Shown: one piece after another, positions 9,361-21,124 of the stretch
Layout: every line of letters starts with the position of its first letter
Numbering within the stretch: the first letter of the stretch is position 1
Assembly (NCBI GenBank): GCA_005888735.1
Contig: VBBN01000035.1
Coordinates: 75,671-139,670 of the forward strand
From: Candidatus Bathyarchaeota archaeon
Lineage (GTDB): Archaea; Thermoproteota; Bathyarchaeia; 40CM-2-53-6
Direction: 5' to 3'
DNA: 64,000 nt
Translations under genes and position numbers: made by a program
Notes under the pieces: model-generated
The model's input: the letters and a program-made list of their open reading frames with translations, nothing else
Told to the model about the DNA's origin: nothing
The model's database searches: none

Positions 9361-9426
9361 GAACTAAATCGAGCTCATCCGCTAACTTCTGCTGGAGTAG
9401 TGAGATTCAGGTTCGAAGAAGCGTTG

Positions 9427-10017
9427 TCAGATCATACGTGCAACGTTCTGAAAGTAGCGGACCCCTTTTTTGCCATTCATGGCCTGCTCAATCGCCTGGT
9501 CTACAGCATCCTTTGGCGATGACGCAGACAAGACCTTTACTGTTTTCCTGTCATCAAGGAAAGTGTTGGCAATCTTGTCCGCCGTCCCGCCCGTCCCAGC
9601 CAAGGCAATGATCGGCTTGCCCTTCTGGTAGGCAACACAAGCCTCCACATATGTTCCCGCACCACCCCCAACGACCACTGCTGAATCGGCAGAATATGCC
9701 GTTATGTAGTTCCGAGAGAACCCTATCCCTGTCGGTATGATAATGTCGCAGTACGAGTTCGCATAGCTCATATCCTCGTGTGGAATAATTCCGACCACCA
9801 GGCCGCCCTTGTCCTTGGCACCTTTGCCAGCGGCCTCCATGACTCCTCCCAAACCTCCAGTAACCAGTATTGCGCTGTGGGAAGCGACCTGCGCACCGAC
9901 TTCTTGAGCAGCCTCATACACGTTGGCAGGACAATGGTCCCCGTCGGATCCGATGACAAGGACCTGGACAAGACGACGAAAGTTTGATTGATGGTTTCGA
10001 GCGACTCCTCTAAACAC
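9427..10017 (-). CDS. TIGR00725/LOG-family Rossmann-fold protein (lysine-decarboxylase-like)
   Basis: VLVIGSDGD...ILVTGGLGGVMEAAGKGA...PIIALAGTGG pattern. Confidence 0.55.
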   Translation of the reverse strand: MFRGVARNHQSNFRRLVQVLVIGSDGDHCPANVYEAAQEVGAQVASHSAILVTGGLGGVMEAAGKGAKDKGGLVVGIIPHEDMSYANSYCDIIIPTGIGFSRNYITAYSADSAVVVGGGAGTYVEACVAYQKGKPIIALAGTGGTADKIANTFLDDRKTVKVLSASSPKDAVDQAIEQAMNGKKGVRYFQNVARMI

Positions 10018-10158
10018 TCATCGCACCTCTTAGAGAATAGGAAGGAGAGGCTAGCAAGCCGCGGTTTCTTATGAGTCTCATGTAACCCTACCATAACCGG
10101 GGAAGGTTTTAATCAGGACCGCGTCTCGAGCCCTCGTTCCTATTCACAGGATAGTCCC

Positions 10159-13100
10159 ATGCCAGCCTTCAAACCCGGAAAGATCGAACGGGTCGCAGGG
10201 CCAGTCATCGTCTCCAACGGCATGCTTGGTAGTCAGATGTACGAAGTAGTACGGGTCGGCGATCAGGGGCTCATCGGGGAAATCATACACATCGAAGGCG
10301 ACAAAGCTACCGTCCAAGTCTACGAGGAAACCGCAGGCATACGCCCTGGAGAAGCCGTTCAGAGAACCGGCCAAGCTCTCTCTGTAGAATTGGGACCGGG
10401 AATTACGGGTCAAATATACGACGGCATACAACGCCCCCTAACGGTCCTCTTCGAGAAGACAGGGCCATTCGTTCGCCGGGGAATCGCGCCCTCTCCAATT
10501 GACAAGTCGAAGAAATGGCACTTTGTCCCGACCATAAGTAATGGTGCAAATGTCTCGGGTGGCGACGTACTTGGAACGGTGAAGGAAACTTCCTTAATTA
10601 CGCAGAGAATCTTGGTCCCGCCGAACCTCTCAGGGCAGATTACGCACCTGGAGGGCGAAGGCGATTACACCGTTACGGAACAGATCGCTGAGCTACAAGC
10701 CCAAAGCGGTCCGACACCACTTTACCTGATGAGCAGTTGGCCAGTAAGAACCGCGCGGCCTGTTAAGAGAAAGCTTCCTTCCGATACGCCACTCCTCACC
10801 GGGCAGCGTATAATGGACTTCTTCTTCCCAATTGTCAAGGGTGGAACCGCTGCTATTCCCGGGGGTTTTGGAACCGGAAAGTGTGTCGACCCAGAAACGC
10901 CCATTCTGTTGGCTGACGGCCGACTGAGGAGGATGCGTGAACTCGTCGGAAATGCTTCAAAGTCACGCGTCGTGGAGAGTAATGCTAACGAGACCATCTA
11001 TCAATACAATGACCCTCTCCGAATAGTCTCACTGTCCAACCCAGAGTTCAACGAGGCTGAAGCACCGCTTGGTTACAAAGGCCACACTCAAGAGCTCGTT
11101 TCAGTCAAGACTCGGAGTGGCCGGATGGTCAAAGTCACACCAGTTCATCAGCTACACCAGCTACGACAAGATGGCACCGTGGTTGAGACTCCGGCTGGCG
11201 AGATCAAGACTGGAGACTTTCTCGTCGCGCCGCGCAAAATTCCTCTCTCGCTGAGCATCAAGAGTATCGACCCGTGCCAGTTGCTTCCAGGGACGATGAG
11301 AATCAGAGACCCTAAGTCTACCGCAACAGCGAGGAGACTCATAAGGAAGTTGGCAAGGGCAACAACCCTCAAGGCCCTCTCAAAAAGTCTTCACGTCAGC
11401 TATCCCTCACTTCTCAACTATCTCTATGGTAGAGCACGCCCAACCTTGAGCTTCTTCGCCCAATTATCCGCGGCCTCTGGCGAGAAGATTCCCGTCGAAT
11501 ACGTGGAGGCTCAGAGACAGGAAAAGAGAATCCGGGTCCCACCGCAGATGACAGCAGATCTAGCCGAGTTAATCGGACTGATCCTTTCCGATGGAACATT
11601 AAGGGCGGGAAGAATTGTTGCTCTTTTCAACAATGACCAAAAGGTCCTGGGACGTTTCACCCAGCTGGCCCAGCAAATCTTCGAGGTCAGGGCGAAGCCG
11701 GGAAAGCACCGTGGAGGATCGCTTGTTGCGGTGGACAGTACGGCACTAGCGAGCTTCTTGGTCGGCATCGGAGTGCCAGCGGGAAAAAAGTCGAGAATTG
11801 TCAAAGTCCCAGACCTCGTCTGCATGTCTCCGGACAATGTCATGGCGGGCTTCCTCGTTGGCTATGCCGCTGGTGATGGCTCGTTCCGAGAATTCGCGCT
11901 CGAAATCGGCACCGCTAGCCAAGAAATGGCCTTAGGTCTATCCTATCTCCTAACTCGGCTGGGGGTTCTTCACAGGACTATGCAGAGACAAGTGGACGAC
12001 CACACCCACCACAGAGTCATTGTCGAAGGAAAAGATGCGATTACAGAACTCTTCAAGCGCCTTCCAAGGGGACTGCCCTACTCTTTCCTCGGAAGAATGG
12101 CCGAGTATGTAAACAACAGAAAGAAAAGTTACAACTCGACGGATACAGTCCCGTTGGGCCCATCGATTATCAGGACGACGATAGAAGGTTTCGGCCTCTC
12201 CAGAAAAGAACTCGAGGAAAATGGGCTTTGGACCCGAAACTACACGGAGCTTGGTGAGAAGCCTACGGTCGCCACTCTGAAGCGTTTCGTGGCATTCGTT
12301 AAGGAACGAGGCGAGCCGAAGCATCATAACTCTGAAGCGCTCGAAAACTTGGAACATATTGTGCAGCTTTCCGAGCATACCTACTTCGACGAAGTGGTCG
12401 ATGTCCAACGGGTCCCCTATCAAGGCGAAGTTCTCGACGTGGCTGTCCCAGGCTATGAGAACTTTGTAGGTGGCTGGGGACCCATGATCTGCCACAACAC
12501 AATGATGCAGCAGCAGCTTGCAAAGTGGGCGGACGCGTCGGTCATCGTTTACGTGGGGTGTGGCGAGCGTGGGAATGAGATGGCTGAGGTCCTGGAAACG
12601 TTTCCCAAGCTTACAGACCCCCGCAGTGGTGAGCCACTGATGAACCGAACGATTCTCGTCGCCAACACTTCGAACATGCCGATAGCAGCGCGAGAAGCAA
12701 GTGTTTACACAGGAATCACAATCGCTGAGTACTTCCGTGATATGGGCTACGATGTGGCGCTCATGGCAGATTCTACTAGCCGTTGGGCAGAGGCTTTGCG
12801 CGAAATCAGCGGCAGGCTCGAGGAGATGCCTGGTGAAGAAGGCTACCCTGCCTATCTCGCGTCTAAACTGGCGGAGTTCTACGAGCGAGCTGGACGTGTC
12901 GAGGTTCTTGGGGCTGAGAACAAGATAGGCTCAATCTCGGTCGTCGGAGCGGTATCGCCTCCAGGGGGCGACTTCTCGGAACCCGTCACTCAGAATACGC
13001 TGCGAATAGTAAAGGTGTTCTGGGCGCTAGACACGGAGCTCGCACACAGACGACACTTCCCAGCCATCAACTGGTTGACAAGCTACTCCCTCTATACAGA

Positions 13101-13542
13101 CAATCTTGACACGTGGTACGAGAAAGAGGCTGGTGACCAGTGGGTCAGCTTGCGCAAGGAAGCAATGTCATTGCTACAGCGAGACGAAGAGCTACGCGAG
13201 ATCGTTATGCTCGTGGGACCCGACGCTCTTTCTGAAGGCCAACGGGTAATCCTCGAAGCCGCGAGAATGATCAAAGAGGATTTTCTGATGCAGCATGCCT
13301 ACCATCAGGTAGACAGCTACTGCGACAGACTCAAGACCTACCGCATGATGCGTCTCATCCTCGACTTTTACGGCTTCATGCAGAAGGCGGTGGAAGGCGG
13401 AATTCCGCTCCAGAAAATCGTTGACCTCCCCGTGAAATCCGAAATTAGCAGAATGAGGCTCACACCAGGGGACAAGTTCGACGATTATGCTCAGAACATC
13501 ACAGACAGCATGAACAACCAGTTCAAACAGCTCATCAGGTGA
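10159..13542 (+). CDS. atpA: A1AO ATP synthase catalytic subunit A, interrupted by an intein. Extein is 588 aa.
   Basis: P-loop GGFGTGK|C...HN|TMMQQQ, and [16 protein letters not shown] after the insertion. The N-terminal region [16 protein letters not shown] is conserved. Confidence 0.9.
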   Translation: MPAFKPGKIERVAGPVIVSNGMLGSQMYEVVRVGDQGLIGEIIHIEGDKATVQVYEETAGIRPGEAVQRTGQALSVELGPGITGQIYDGIQRPLTVLFEKTGPFVRRGIAPSPIDKSKKWHFVPTISNGANVSGGDVLGTVKETSLITQRILVPPNLSGQITHLEGEGDYTVTEQIAELQAQSGPTPLYLMSSWPVRTARPVKRKLPSDTPLLTGQRIMDFFFPIVKGGTAAIPGGFGTGKCVDPETPILLADGRLRRMRELVGNASKSRVVESNANETIYQYNDPLRIVSLSNPEFNEAEAPLGYKGHTQELVSVKTRSGRMVKVTPVHQLHQLRQDGTVVETPAGEIKTGDFLVAPRKIPLSLSIKSIDPCQLLPGTMRIRDPKSTATARRLIRKLARATTLKALSKSLHVSYPSLLNYLYGRARPTLSFFAQLSAASGEKIPVEYVEAQRQEKRIRVPPQMTADLAELIGLILSDGTLRAGRIVALFNNDQKVLGRFTQLAQQIFEVRAKPGKHRGGSLVAVDSTALASFLVGIGVPAGKKSRIVKVPDLVCMSPDNVMAGFLVGYAAGDGSFREFALEIGTASQEMALGLSYLLTRLGVLHRTMQRQVDDHTHHRVIVEGKDAITELFKRLPRGLPYSFLGRMAEYVNNRKKSYNSTDTVPLGPSIIRTTIEGFGLSRKELEENGLWTRNYTELGEKPTVATLKRFVAFVKERGEPKHHNSEALENLEHIVQLSEHTYFDEVVDVQRVPYQGEVLDVAVPGYENFVGGWGPMICHNTMMQQQLAKWADASVIVYVGCGERGNEMAEVLETFPKLTDPRSGEPLMNRTILVANTSNMPIAAREASVYTGITIAEYFRDMGYDVALMADSTSRWAEALREISGRLEEMPGEEGYPAYLASKLAEFYERAGRVEVLGAENKIGSISVVGAVSPPGGDFSEPVTQNTLRIVKVFWALDTELAHRRHFPAINWLTSYSLYTDNLDTWYEKEAGDQWVSLRKEAMSLLQRDEELREIVMLVGPDALSEGQRVILEAARMIKEDFLMQHAYHQVDSYCDRLKTYRMMRLILDFYGFMQKAVEGGIPLQKIVDLPVKSEISRMRLTPGDKFDDYAQNITDSMNNQFKQLIR
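10882..12498 (+). mobile_element. VMA-type intein with LAGLIDADG homing endonuclease, 539 aa, inserted between K and T of the P-loop
   Basis: Block A is [24 protein letters not shown] motifs are [11 protein letters not shown] and [13 protein letters not shown]. Terminal residues are HN, followed by Thr. Confidence 0.85.
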
Positions 13543-14945
13543 TAGAAATGTCACTATCCGGCCTTGAATACTCAACGATTAGAGAAATATCTGGGCCGCT
13601 ACTCTTCGTCGAATCCGTAAGAGGAGTTGGCTATGGGGAACTCGCCCGAATCAAGACCCCTTCAGGCGAAGAGCGTAGAGGCCAGGTCCTGGAGATCGGT
13701 GAGGGAATCGCCGTGGTGCAGGTCTTCGAGGGGACCTCTGGTCTCGATGTTGAGAAGACTAGTATTCGCTTTACTGGGGAAACGGTCAAGCTTCCAGTCT
13801 CTTCCGACATGCTCGGAAGGATATTCGACGGAAGCGGTCGTCCCATCGATGGTGGACCCCGAGTCATTCCCGACGATTACGCAGACGTTCACGGTGCTCC
13901 GATCAACCCATTCGCAAGGGAATACCCCCGGGAGTTCATCCAAACAGGTCTCTCCTCGATCGACGGTATGAACACACTGGTCCGTGGACAGAAGCTACCA
14001 CTTTTCTCGGCCTCGGGTCTTCCTCACAACGCAGTCGCTGCCCAGATTGCCCGTCAGGCGCGCGTCAGGGGCACAGAGGAATCCTTCGTCACAGTGTTTG
14101 CCGCCATGGGCATTACCGCTGATGAAGCGCGGTTCTTCCGCGAAGACTTCGAGAAGCAAGGAGCATTCGACCATGTGACCATGTTCGTGAACTTGGCAGA
14201 TGACCCTGCTATCGAGCGCATTCTCACCCCACGTCTCGCCCTGACAGCGGCGGAATATTTCGCGGTCAAGCTCGGCATGCACGTGCTAGTCATTCTTACG
14301 GACATGACCAATTATGCAGAGTCGTTGCGAGAGATCTCTGCTGCCCGTGAAGAAGTTCCAGGCCGACGCGGTTATCCAGGATATATGTACACGGACCTCG
14401 CCACGATTTATGAGAGAGCCGGGCGTCTTCACGGGTCAAAAGGATCCATAACACAAATGCCCATTCTCACGATGCCAGGTGACGACATCACCCATCCTAT
14501 ACCTGACCTAACCGGCTACATTACCGAGGGCCAGCTTATTGTCGACCGTGGTCTCCATAGAAAGGGCATCTATCCTCCAATAGACCCATCACCTTCACTC
14601 TCGCGTTTGATGAAAGAAGGCATTGGAGCTGGTAGGACGAGGGAGGACCATCGTGAGATTTCGGACCAGCTATACTATGCGTACGCTGAGGGTCGAAGCT
14701 TTCGCGACCTTGTGGCTGTCGTAGGCGAAGAGGCGCTATCGGCTAGGGACAAACTCTACCTTCGTTTCGCCGATGACTTCGAGAAGAAATTTATCAGCCA
14801 AGGGGTCTATGAAAACCGGGATATCGACGCGACTCTTGACCTTGGCTGGAGCCTGATAAGTGCCATCCCAGAGACCGAACTTAAGAGAATCGACCCGGCC
14901 ACAATCAAGAAGTACCATCCAAAATACCGCGAGAAGGCCAACTAA
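13539..14945 (+). CDS. atpB: A1AO ATP synthase subunit B
   Basis: Typical B-subunit sequence ([37 protein letters not shown]). Overlaps the atpA stop as ATGA. Confidence 0.9.
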   Translation: MIEMSLSGLEYSTIREISGPLLFVESVRGVGYGELARIKTPSGEERRGQVLEIGEGIAVVQVFEGTSGLDVEKTSIRFTGETVKLPVSSDMLGRIFDGSGRPIDGGPRVIPDDYADVHGAPINPFAREYPREFIQTGLSSIDGMNTLVRGQKLPLFSASGLPHNAVAAQIARQARVRGTEESFVTVFAAMGITADEARFFREDFEKQGAFDHVTMFVNLADDPAIERILTPRLALTAAEYFAVKLGMHVLVILTDMTNYAESLREISAAREEVPGRRGYPGYMYTDLATIYERAGRLHGSKGSITQMPILTMPGDDITHPIPDLTGYITEGQLIVDRGLHRKGIYPPIDPSPSLSRLMKEGIGAGRTREDHREISDQLYYAYAEGRSFRDLVAVVGEEALSARDKLYLRFADDFEKKFISQGVYENRDIDATLDLGWSLISAIPETELKRIDPATIKKYHPKYREKAN

Positions 14946-15611
14946 GTGTCCGAGATCATCCAGGGTGCTCGCACCACCCGGATGGAGCTCATCGCCCTTC
15001 GAAAGCGCAAGAAAATCGCTGAAAGAGGCGGTGAACTGTTGAGAGAGAAGCTGGACGCGCTAATGATCGAGTTTTTCCAGTTCGCCAGGGAAATCACCGC
15101 CCTTCGAGCAAAGACCCAGGACATACTCCAGCGAGCCTATCTGAAATTCATCGAGGCTCAGATGCTCATGGGGTTTGCACGTATGGAAGAAGCAGCTCTA
15201 ACAGCCCAGGACAGGTTTGAGGTTGAAGCCTCTACACGAAACGTCATAGGTGTCTCTATCCCCTATGCCCAGGTCAAGATCAAGCCTCTAGAAGGATACC
15301 CGTATCCGATGATTGGGACCTCGGCCAAGCTTGACGAGGCTGTAGCGACGATGTCGGAGGCTGTGAAGAGCGTTGCAGAACTTTCAGCCGCGGAAGCTGC
15401 TATTGTTCGTCTTGCAGAGGCGATCGCGGCCACGAAGCGGCGTGTCAACAGCTTAGAATTCATCGTCATTCCGCGGATTCAGAACACGATTAGGTACATT
15501 GAAATGTCATTGCAGGAGAGGGCCCGCGAGGACTTTTTCAGGCTGAAGAGGATCAAGACTCGTCTGGAAGAGGAAGAAGCCGAGGCCCAGCCTGAGCCTA
15601 TAGCAGCCTAG
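14946..15611 (+). CDS. atpD: A1AO ATP synthase subunit D, with a GTG start
   Basis: MSEIIQGARTTRMELIALRKR...coiled-coil D-subunit pattern. Confidence 0.8.
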   Translation: MSEIIQGARTTRMELIALRKRKKIAERGGELLREKLDALMIEFFQFAREITALRAKTQDILQRAYLKFIEAQMLMGFARMEEAALTAQDRFEVEASTRNVIGVSIPYAQVKIKPLEGYPYPMIGTSAKLDEAVATMSEAVKSVAELSAAEAAIVRLAEAIAATKRRVNSLEFIVIPRIQNTIRYIEMSLQERAREDFFRLKRIKTRLEEEEAEAQPEPIAA

Positions 15612-16536
15612 ACATCAAGTATTCCATAGCGACGCCGTCCAGTGCAGCGACTCCGCCGGATTTGAACAGAGTTACATCTTCGTCTGAACGGTTCAGTTTT
15701 TCAGGATGCAGAAGTAGATCTCCCAGCTCTCGAATTTGCGACTTTCTGATCGCGCCCTGTTTCAGGGGTTTCATGATGTCGCCATAACTGGCTAGCGCCT
15801 GAGCCTTCGAGTCTACAACTATTATCGAGCGTTTCACGAACTCTGTGTCTATCTCGCGCGCTTCTGGGGTTGCGGCACCCACCGCATTGACATGCGTTCC
15901 CATTCGAACTAGTCGCCCTGGGAACAGCGGTTTCGTCGAGTTCGTTGCAAGCACGAGAATGTCTGCGTCTCTGACAATTTCTAGGGGTTTCGCAATTGGT
16001 CTAACCTCTATTCCATTCTCAGAGGTCTCTTTCGCGAACTTCTCACGTCTTGCCGTTGACCTTGAGTAGATGAGAACTCGAGAGATTTTCCTGGCGGTTT
16101 TCAAGGCCTGAACATGCGCCTTAGCCTGCTTTCCCGTCCCGAAGATACCCAAGACTGATGCGTTCTTGTGTGCCAGCAGATCCGTAGCAACCGCTGAACT
16201 GGCTGCCGTACGCAACGCTGTCAATGTCTCCGCCTCAACTCTTGCGAGCTCGCGTCCTGTTGTGGAGTCGTACGCGTGTATGGTGGCCTGGACTGATGGT
16301 AGCGCACGGTTTGGGTTTCGAGGGTTGAGCCTCGCAATCTTTACTGAGACCACCCTTCCTCCAATTATGTAGCTTGGCATGCTGTAGACCGAAAGCCCAT
16401 CCTTTGTCAAGAGCCAGGCTCGTTCTGGGCTCGCAACCTCTCCTTTCGCGAGTCTGAGGTAGGCTTCGCGGGCAAGCCTGATCGACGTTTCCACGCTGAG
16501 GTTTTCCTCAACGGTCCTCTCGCTTACCCAAAACAT
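15598..16536 (-). CDS. ornithine cyclodeaminase/mu-crystallin family enzyme
   Basis: LGIFGTGKQAKAHVQAL NAD-binding motif and overall OCD-like sequence. Confidence 0.7.
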   Translation of the reverse strand: MFWVSERTVEENLSVETSIRLAREAYLRLAKGEVASPERAWLLTKDGLSVYSMPSYIIGGRVVSVKIARLNPRNPNRALPSVQATIHAYDSTTGRELARVEAETLTALRTAASSAVATDLLAHKNASVLGIFGTGKQAKAHVQALKTARKISRVLIYSRSTARREKFAKETSENGIEVRPIAKPLEIVRDADILVLATNSTKPLFPGRLVRMGTHVNAVGAATPEAREIDTEFVKRSIIVVDSKAQALASYGDIMKPLKQGAIRKSQIRELGDLLLHPEKLNRSDEDVTLFKSGGVAALDGVAMEYLMSRLL

Positions 16537-16642
16537 TCTGCTCGTTCCTCACTTACTTCGAAGATCCGGTGCAAAAAATGGTTTCAGCCCCCCCAACCAC
16601 ACTGTCCGAAGAAGCGAGTCAACAGGATAATCCGCCTCAACG

Positions 16643-16761
16643 GCCTGAAGGAAAATGTTAACGACTCCGTTATCTCAATACACCAGACTCGCTCATTCTG
16701 CGCCCTGTCTGCTGAGACATGCCCACTCCCCTCGCCAGACAGAAAAAGACTGTTCAAAAAA
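16643..16761. repeat. Conserved roughly 120-nt intergenic element, copy 1. Blocks are gcctgaaggaaa / aacga / atctcaa / agactcgctcattct / gccctgtc / gccagacagaaaa / A-run.
   Basis: Blockwise identity to 24812-24931. Internal stem is CTGTCTG...CAGACAG. Confidence 0.5.
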
Positions 16762-16928
16762 ACGAGCGAGCACGATTCCGACATTTGATACGTAAGACCA
16801 GGGGTTCCTTTCATGCGAAACCTTCAGTGGAGAATCGTCGGGATCCTTCCGTCTAGCATGCTGCAAGGGTGCCCTCGAAAGAAATTCAAGGGTAAAAAAG
16901 GGGTTTACTCCCAGGACCAATGGTTCTC

Positions 16929-17216
16929 TCATGCTTTGCGCTCTAGGATAATCTCTATGGTGGAGACGTTTCTAGCATCCTGGTTTTCTCCGACAATCTC
17001 CGTGCCCAAATTCACATGCTTGCTCAAGCCGCCCTGGAAGAAGCGGTTGTTCACCACTTCAGCCACATCAACGGCAGTGCTGATGGCTCGTCCACGAGCC
17101 TTTAGGGTCAGCTTCTTGGCACCCGTGTTGTAATGCATCATGACGGCAGTTGCATAAGCCATAATCGGCTTCTTGCCGATCAGTATAGTGTCTGGTGGAA
17201 TGTCGGTTCTGCGCAT
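16929..17216 (-). CDS. albA: chromatin protein Alba
   Basis: ILIGKKPIMAYATAVMMHYNTGAKKLTLKARGRAISTAVDVAEVV...STIEIILERK. Start taken at the internal Met. Confidence 0.8.
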   Translation of the reverse strand: MRRTDIPPDTILIGKKPIMAYATAVMMHYNTGAKKLTLKARGRAISTAVDVAEVVNNRFFQGGLSKHVNLGTEIVGENQDARNVSTIEIILERKA

Positions 17217-17376
17217 CTGGGTAGGAGCCCTCTCCGTCTTCCTTGGTTCTTCCAATGTCAATCGTTCACCTCCGAGACTTCGGTAGTACGCTGCCTTCGG
17301 TGAAGGCACAAGGAAGTGACGCTGGCTAATTAACTAAGCTTTACCTAGCAAATTACGGAACATCAGGTAGCTATCA

Positions 17377-18240
17377 GTGAACAAGCCATACGCCATAGTC
17401 AAAAGCCCAAACCACTCCACGACCCAGCTCTTTCTCGGCGACTCTCTCGAAGGCATGAGGAAACACGTTCCTCCACGCTCAATCGACGTTGTCGTCACCT
17501 CTCCACCCTACAACATAGGCGCCCGCTATAGCAAGTATCGGGACAAACTCCCTCGAGAAGCCTATCTCGCATGGCTTGGGCAAGTGTGCGAGGGCGTGAA
17601 ACGCGTCCTCAAAGACGACGGCTCCTTCTTCCTCAACATCGGCTCAACCCCCAAAGACCCCTGGACCCCGTTAGACGTGGCACAACAGCTTCGAAACATG
17701 TTCATTCTCCAGAACATTATCCTCTGGGTCAAGTCCATCGCAATTCCCAAAGCAGACGTGGGCAAGTCCCAGAACATCATGGGAGACATGGCGGTCGGCC
17801 ACTACCAGCCGATAGGCGGCAATCGCTTCCTGAACGAATCCCACGAATTCATCTTCCATTTCACCAAGACCGGCAAGGTTCCCTTGGACCGGCTGGGCAT
17901 CGGCGTCCCGTACCAGGACAAGTCCAACGTGGGACGCTGGAAGAAGGCCGGCTGTGACCTCCGCTGCCGGGGCAACTCTTGGTTCATACCCTATCAGACA
18001 ATCTGGAACCGCGAGAAGCAGCGTCCCCACCCGACGACTTTCCCCGACCGTCTTCCGGAGATGTGTATCCGACTCCACGGTCTCTCCAAGACGCGGATGG
18101 TCATGGACCCGTTCCTCGGCCTCGGCTCAACCGCCCTAGCCGCCATGCGTCTTGGCGCTAGCTGCATTGGCTTCGACCTCGACCCACACTACTTGGCGGA
18201 GGCCAGACACCGCCTCGAGGGATATGCTCGAAAGCCCTAG
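17377..18240 (+). CDS. beta-class DNA methyltransferase, probably N4-cytosine, apparently orphan
   Basis: Motif IV is VVTSPPYN, lying before motif I ([16 protein letters not shown]). No restriction endonuclease candidate lies nearby. Confidence 0.7.
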   Translation: MNKPYAIVKSPNHSTTQLFLGDSLEGMRKHVPPRSIDVVVTSPPYNIGARYSKYRDKLPREAYLAWLGQVCEGVKRVLKDDGSFFLNIGSTPKDPWTPLDVAQQLRNMFILQNIILWVKSIAIPKADVGKSQNIMGDMAVGHYQPIGGNRFLNESHEFIFHFTKTGKVPLDRLGIGVPYQDKSNVGRWKKAGCDLRCRGNSWFIPYQTIWNREKQRPHPTTFPDRLPEMCIRLHGLSKTRMVMDPFLGLGSTALAAMRLGASCIGFDLDPHYLAEARHRLEGYARKP

Positions 18241-18510
18241 GTCTGTACTAGTCCGAACGAAAATGAAACTATTCCAAAAATTTCAGAGTGAAGACTTCTC
18301 GGAAACTTGTCGCGGGTCTTGACATAACCGGACAGTTGTGCGCGAGGCCAGGAATTCTTAGTTCTAGCCTAGAAATAGCGGTGTCATGTTAACCAGCCAC
18401 TAGCAAGAACAATACCGTACCGTTCAACCGTTCTGAACAGAAGATGTCCAATATTTTTTTCGCGTTCAATTATGATGCATTATCCTTAACGACTGCACAC
18501 ACTGTAGTCC

Positions 18511-18762
18511 ATGGCGAAGTTCATCTTCTCCCTGGGGGACGCGAACTACCAGATGTTGAAGAGCGAGGCCAAGTTGCGCGACATTACCATCCAAGAGCTT
18601 CTCCGCGCCGTCATCATACCTGACTGGATGAAGATCAACATGGAAACACGCACTCTCGGCAGCCACTCCACTTCGAGCCTGGTCTCCTCTTCTACTGGAA
18701 TCCTGAACCGTAGCTCGTTTGCTCAGCCGACGTCGATTGGGCGCCTAAACCTGAAGCCTTAG
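18511..18762 (+). CDS. small putative ribbon-helix-helix DNA-binding protein
   Basis: Beta-strand-helix-helix N-terminus (KFIFSLGDANYQMLKSEAKLRDITIQELLRAVI). Low-complexity Ser-rich tail. Confidence 0.3.
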   Translation: MAKFIFSLGDANYQMLKSEAKLRDITIQELLRAVIIPDWMKINMETRTLGSHSTSSLVSSSTGILNRSSFAQPTSIGRLNLKP

Positions 18763-18837
18763 CCCAATCGACCCCCTCTTTTTCGGGAGAGACCAGCCAG
18801 CTTGGCCGTCGAAACGTCGTATGCTTCCTCGGGTGAC

Positions 18838-21063
18838 CTAGCCAAAAGGTGGCTGCAGGGTGGGATTGACCTGTTTAGCGGTCTCGGAGAACCGCTGGGA
18901 GAACCGTTCGTACATGCGAAGCTCCTGGCCAGAAATGGGCTTTATCTTCTGCAGAGCCTCGTCGAAGTGTCGTCTCGACACTCGCAGATCCTTGGCCTTC
19001 TTCTTGGCATCCTCAGGATCCTTAGCTTTCCCTATCAACTCTCGAAGTGCCAGCATCACAGCCGTATTACAGACCGAGCCAATATCAGCCCCAGTGTAGC
19101 CCTCAGTCCGCCGAGCCATTTCATCAATCTTGATATCCTCGGCCAAAGGCGTCTTCTTGGTCCGGATCTGGAAAATCTGCTTCCGAGCCTCCAGATCAGG
19201 CGGTGGAACATAGAGGAGACGGTCGAAGCGTCCCGGTCGGAGAAGGGCGGAGTCGATAATGTCAGGCCTGTTAGTAGCGGCTATTATGACCACGTTCCGG
19301 AGTTCTTCCAAACCGTCCAGCTCGGTCAGAAACTGGCTGATTACTCTCTCCGTAACCTGCGAGTCCCCGACGCTGCTGCCCCTTACCGGGGCAACGGAAT
19401 CTATCTCGTCGAAGAAAATGATGCACGGTGAAGCCTGCCGCGCCTTGCGGAAGACCTCCCTGACCGCTTTCTCTGACTCGCCCACGAACTTGTTCAGAAG
19501 TTCGGGTCCCCTGACGCTGATGAAGTTCGCCTGGCTCTCGTTAGCAACCGCCTTTGCTAGGAGCGTCTTTCCCGTTCCAGGCGGGCCATAAAGCAGCAGA
19601 CCCTTGGGGGGAGTGGCGTTCACTGTCGTGAAGACGTCAGGATATTTCAGAGGCCACTCAATCGCCTCTCGAAGCTCTTCCTTCACGCCCTCAAGCCCGC
19701 CGATGTCCTCCCACTTGACATCGGGCACCTCCACAAGCACCTCCCGCATGGCAGAGGGCTCAACCTCCTTCAATGCTTCCTGGAAGTCGGCCATTCGAAC
19801 GATGATCTTCTTGAGAACGTCCTTTGGAATGTTATCTGCTTCAAGGTTGATCTCTGGAAGTATTCTCCTTAGGGCACGAATTGCGGCCTCCTTCGCCAGT
19901 GCCTCTAGATCGGCACCGACGAATCCGTGAGTGACATCCGCCAGCTTCTTTAGGTCGACGTCCTCTGCGAGAGGCATTCCTCTGGTGTGGATCTGCAGGA
20001 CTTCCAACCTCCCGTCTCGATCAGGAACGCCAATCTCTATCTCGCGATCGAACCTTCCGGGCCGTCGGAGAGCTGGGTCTATTGCGTTTATCCTGTTGGT
20101 CGCGGCGATGACCACTACCTTCCCGCGTGATTGAAGCCCGTCCATCAAGGAGAGAAGTTGCGAGACGACCCGCTTCTCAACCTCTCCGGTAACCTCTTCT
20201 CGCTTGGGAGCGATCGAGTCAATCTCGTCGATGAAAATGATGGAGGGAGCGTTTTCCTGCGCCTCCTTGAAAACTTCCCTGAGCCGTTCCTCGCTCTCTC
20301 CATAGAACTTGCTCATGATCTCGGGACCTCCGAGGCTGGTGAAGTTCGCGTTCGTCTCACTAGCCACAGCTCTCGCCAGCAAAGTCTTCCCGGTCCCCGG
20401 AGGGCCGTGCAGCAGAACACCTTTAGGCGCCTCAACGCCCAATCTCTCGAAGAGCTCGGGGTGTCGCAGCGGTAGCTCAATCATTTCACGGACCTTCTGA
20501 ATAACAGGTCGTAGCCCTCCAATGTCTTCATAGCTAATCTTCGGAACATTACGGACTGGCTCCTTGACCTGTTCACCAAAGAGGATCTCTGTGTCCTCTG
20601 TGACAATGACTGCTTCAGTACTGGGGGTCGTGTTTGTCACGACCAAGTCTATCTTGCGTCCCATTATGTTTATCGGGACATAATCTCCTCGGGAGAGGAC
20701 GCGTCCCTCAAGAATCTGCGCAAGATACTCCTCACCCCCGACAATCCTCAGCGGCTCCGTCGGAGCCAAAGTGAGCCGCTCAGCAATCTTCGCGTCAATC
20801 TTCCGAATCGTAACCTTATCGTCAATGGAGACCCCTGCGTTGTTCCGGAGGTAGCCATCGATCCGTATGATTCCCTTCCCGTAATCCTCTTGGTGAGCGG
20901 GCCACGAGAGCGCGTTCGTCTTCCTCTTTCCAGTAATCTGAACAACATCACCTGAAGTCAGCCCCAACTCATCAACAACCTTCGGATCTATACGGGCTAT
21001 TCCGCGCCCGACGTCTCTCTGGAGAGCGTCCACGACTCTGAGCGTTGCGGTTTTTTCCGGCAT
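18838..21063 (-). CDS. cdc48: CDC48/VAT-like AAA+ ATPase with two AAA domains
   Basis: Two Walker A motifs (GPPGTGKT) and two Walker B motifs (IIFIDEID / IIFFDEID), plus an N-terminal double-psi barrel region. Confidence 0.9.
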   Translation of the reverse strand: MPEKTATLRVVDALQRDVGRGIARIDPKVVDELGLTSGDVVQITGKRKTNALSWPAHQEDYGKGIIRIDGYLRNNAGVSIDDKVTIRKIDAKIAERLTLAPTEPLRIVGGEEYLAQILEGRVLSRGDYVPINIMGRKIDLVVTNTTPSTEAVIVTEDTEILFGEQVKEPVRNVPKISYEDIGGLRPVIQKVREMIELPLRHPELFERLGVEAPKGVLLHGPPGTGKTLLARAVASETNANFTSLGGPEIMSKFYGESEERLREVFKEAQENAPSIIFIDEIDSIAPKREEVTGEVEKRVVSQLLSLMDGLQSRGKVVVIAATNRINAIDPALRRPGRFDREIEIGVPDRDGRLEVLQIHTRGMPLAEDVDLKKLADVTHGFVGADLEALAKEAAIRALRRILPEINLEADNIPKDVLKKIIVRMADFQEALKEVEPSAMREVLVEVPDVKWEDIGGLEGVKEELREAIEWPLKYPDVFTTVNATPPKGLLLYGPPGTGKTLLAKAVANESQANFISVRGPELLNKFVGESEKAVREVFRKARQASPCIIFFDEIDSVAPVRGSSVGDSQVTERVISQFLTELDGLEELRNVVIIAATNRPDIIDSALLRPGRFDRLLYVPPPDLEARKQIFQIRTKKTPLAEDIKIDEMARRTEGYTGADIGSVCNTAVMLALRELIGKAKDPEDAKKKAKDLRVSRRHFDEALQKIKPISGQELRMYERFSQRFSETAKQVNPTLQPPFG

Positions 21064-21124
21064 AGGGACTCCTCAGTTGCTCATCCGAAACTCAGGTGTG
21101 GCGCTAATAAATCCTGGGTCGAAG

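Noticed and set aside
16751-16760. A-runs following the conserved elements as transcription terminators
   Set aside because: Archaeal terminators are T-rich on the transcribed strand. On the minus strand these would lie at the 5' side of the element. Strand of transcription is unknown.
19259-20500. Multiple 60-115-aa ORFs on the plus strand (for example 19259..19591, 19604..19930, 20131..20475)
   Set aside because: They lie antisense inside the CDC48 gene and have low-complexity Ser/Arg-rich translations typical of GC-rich antisense frames.
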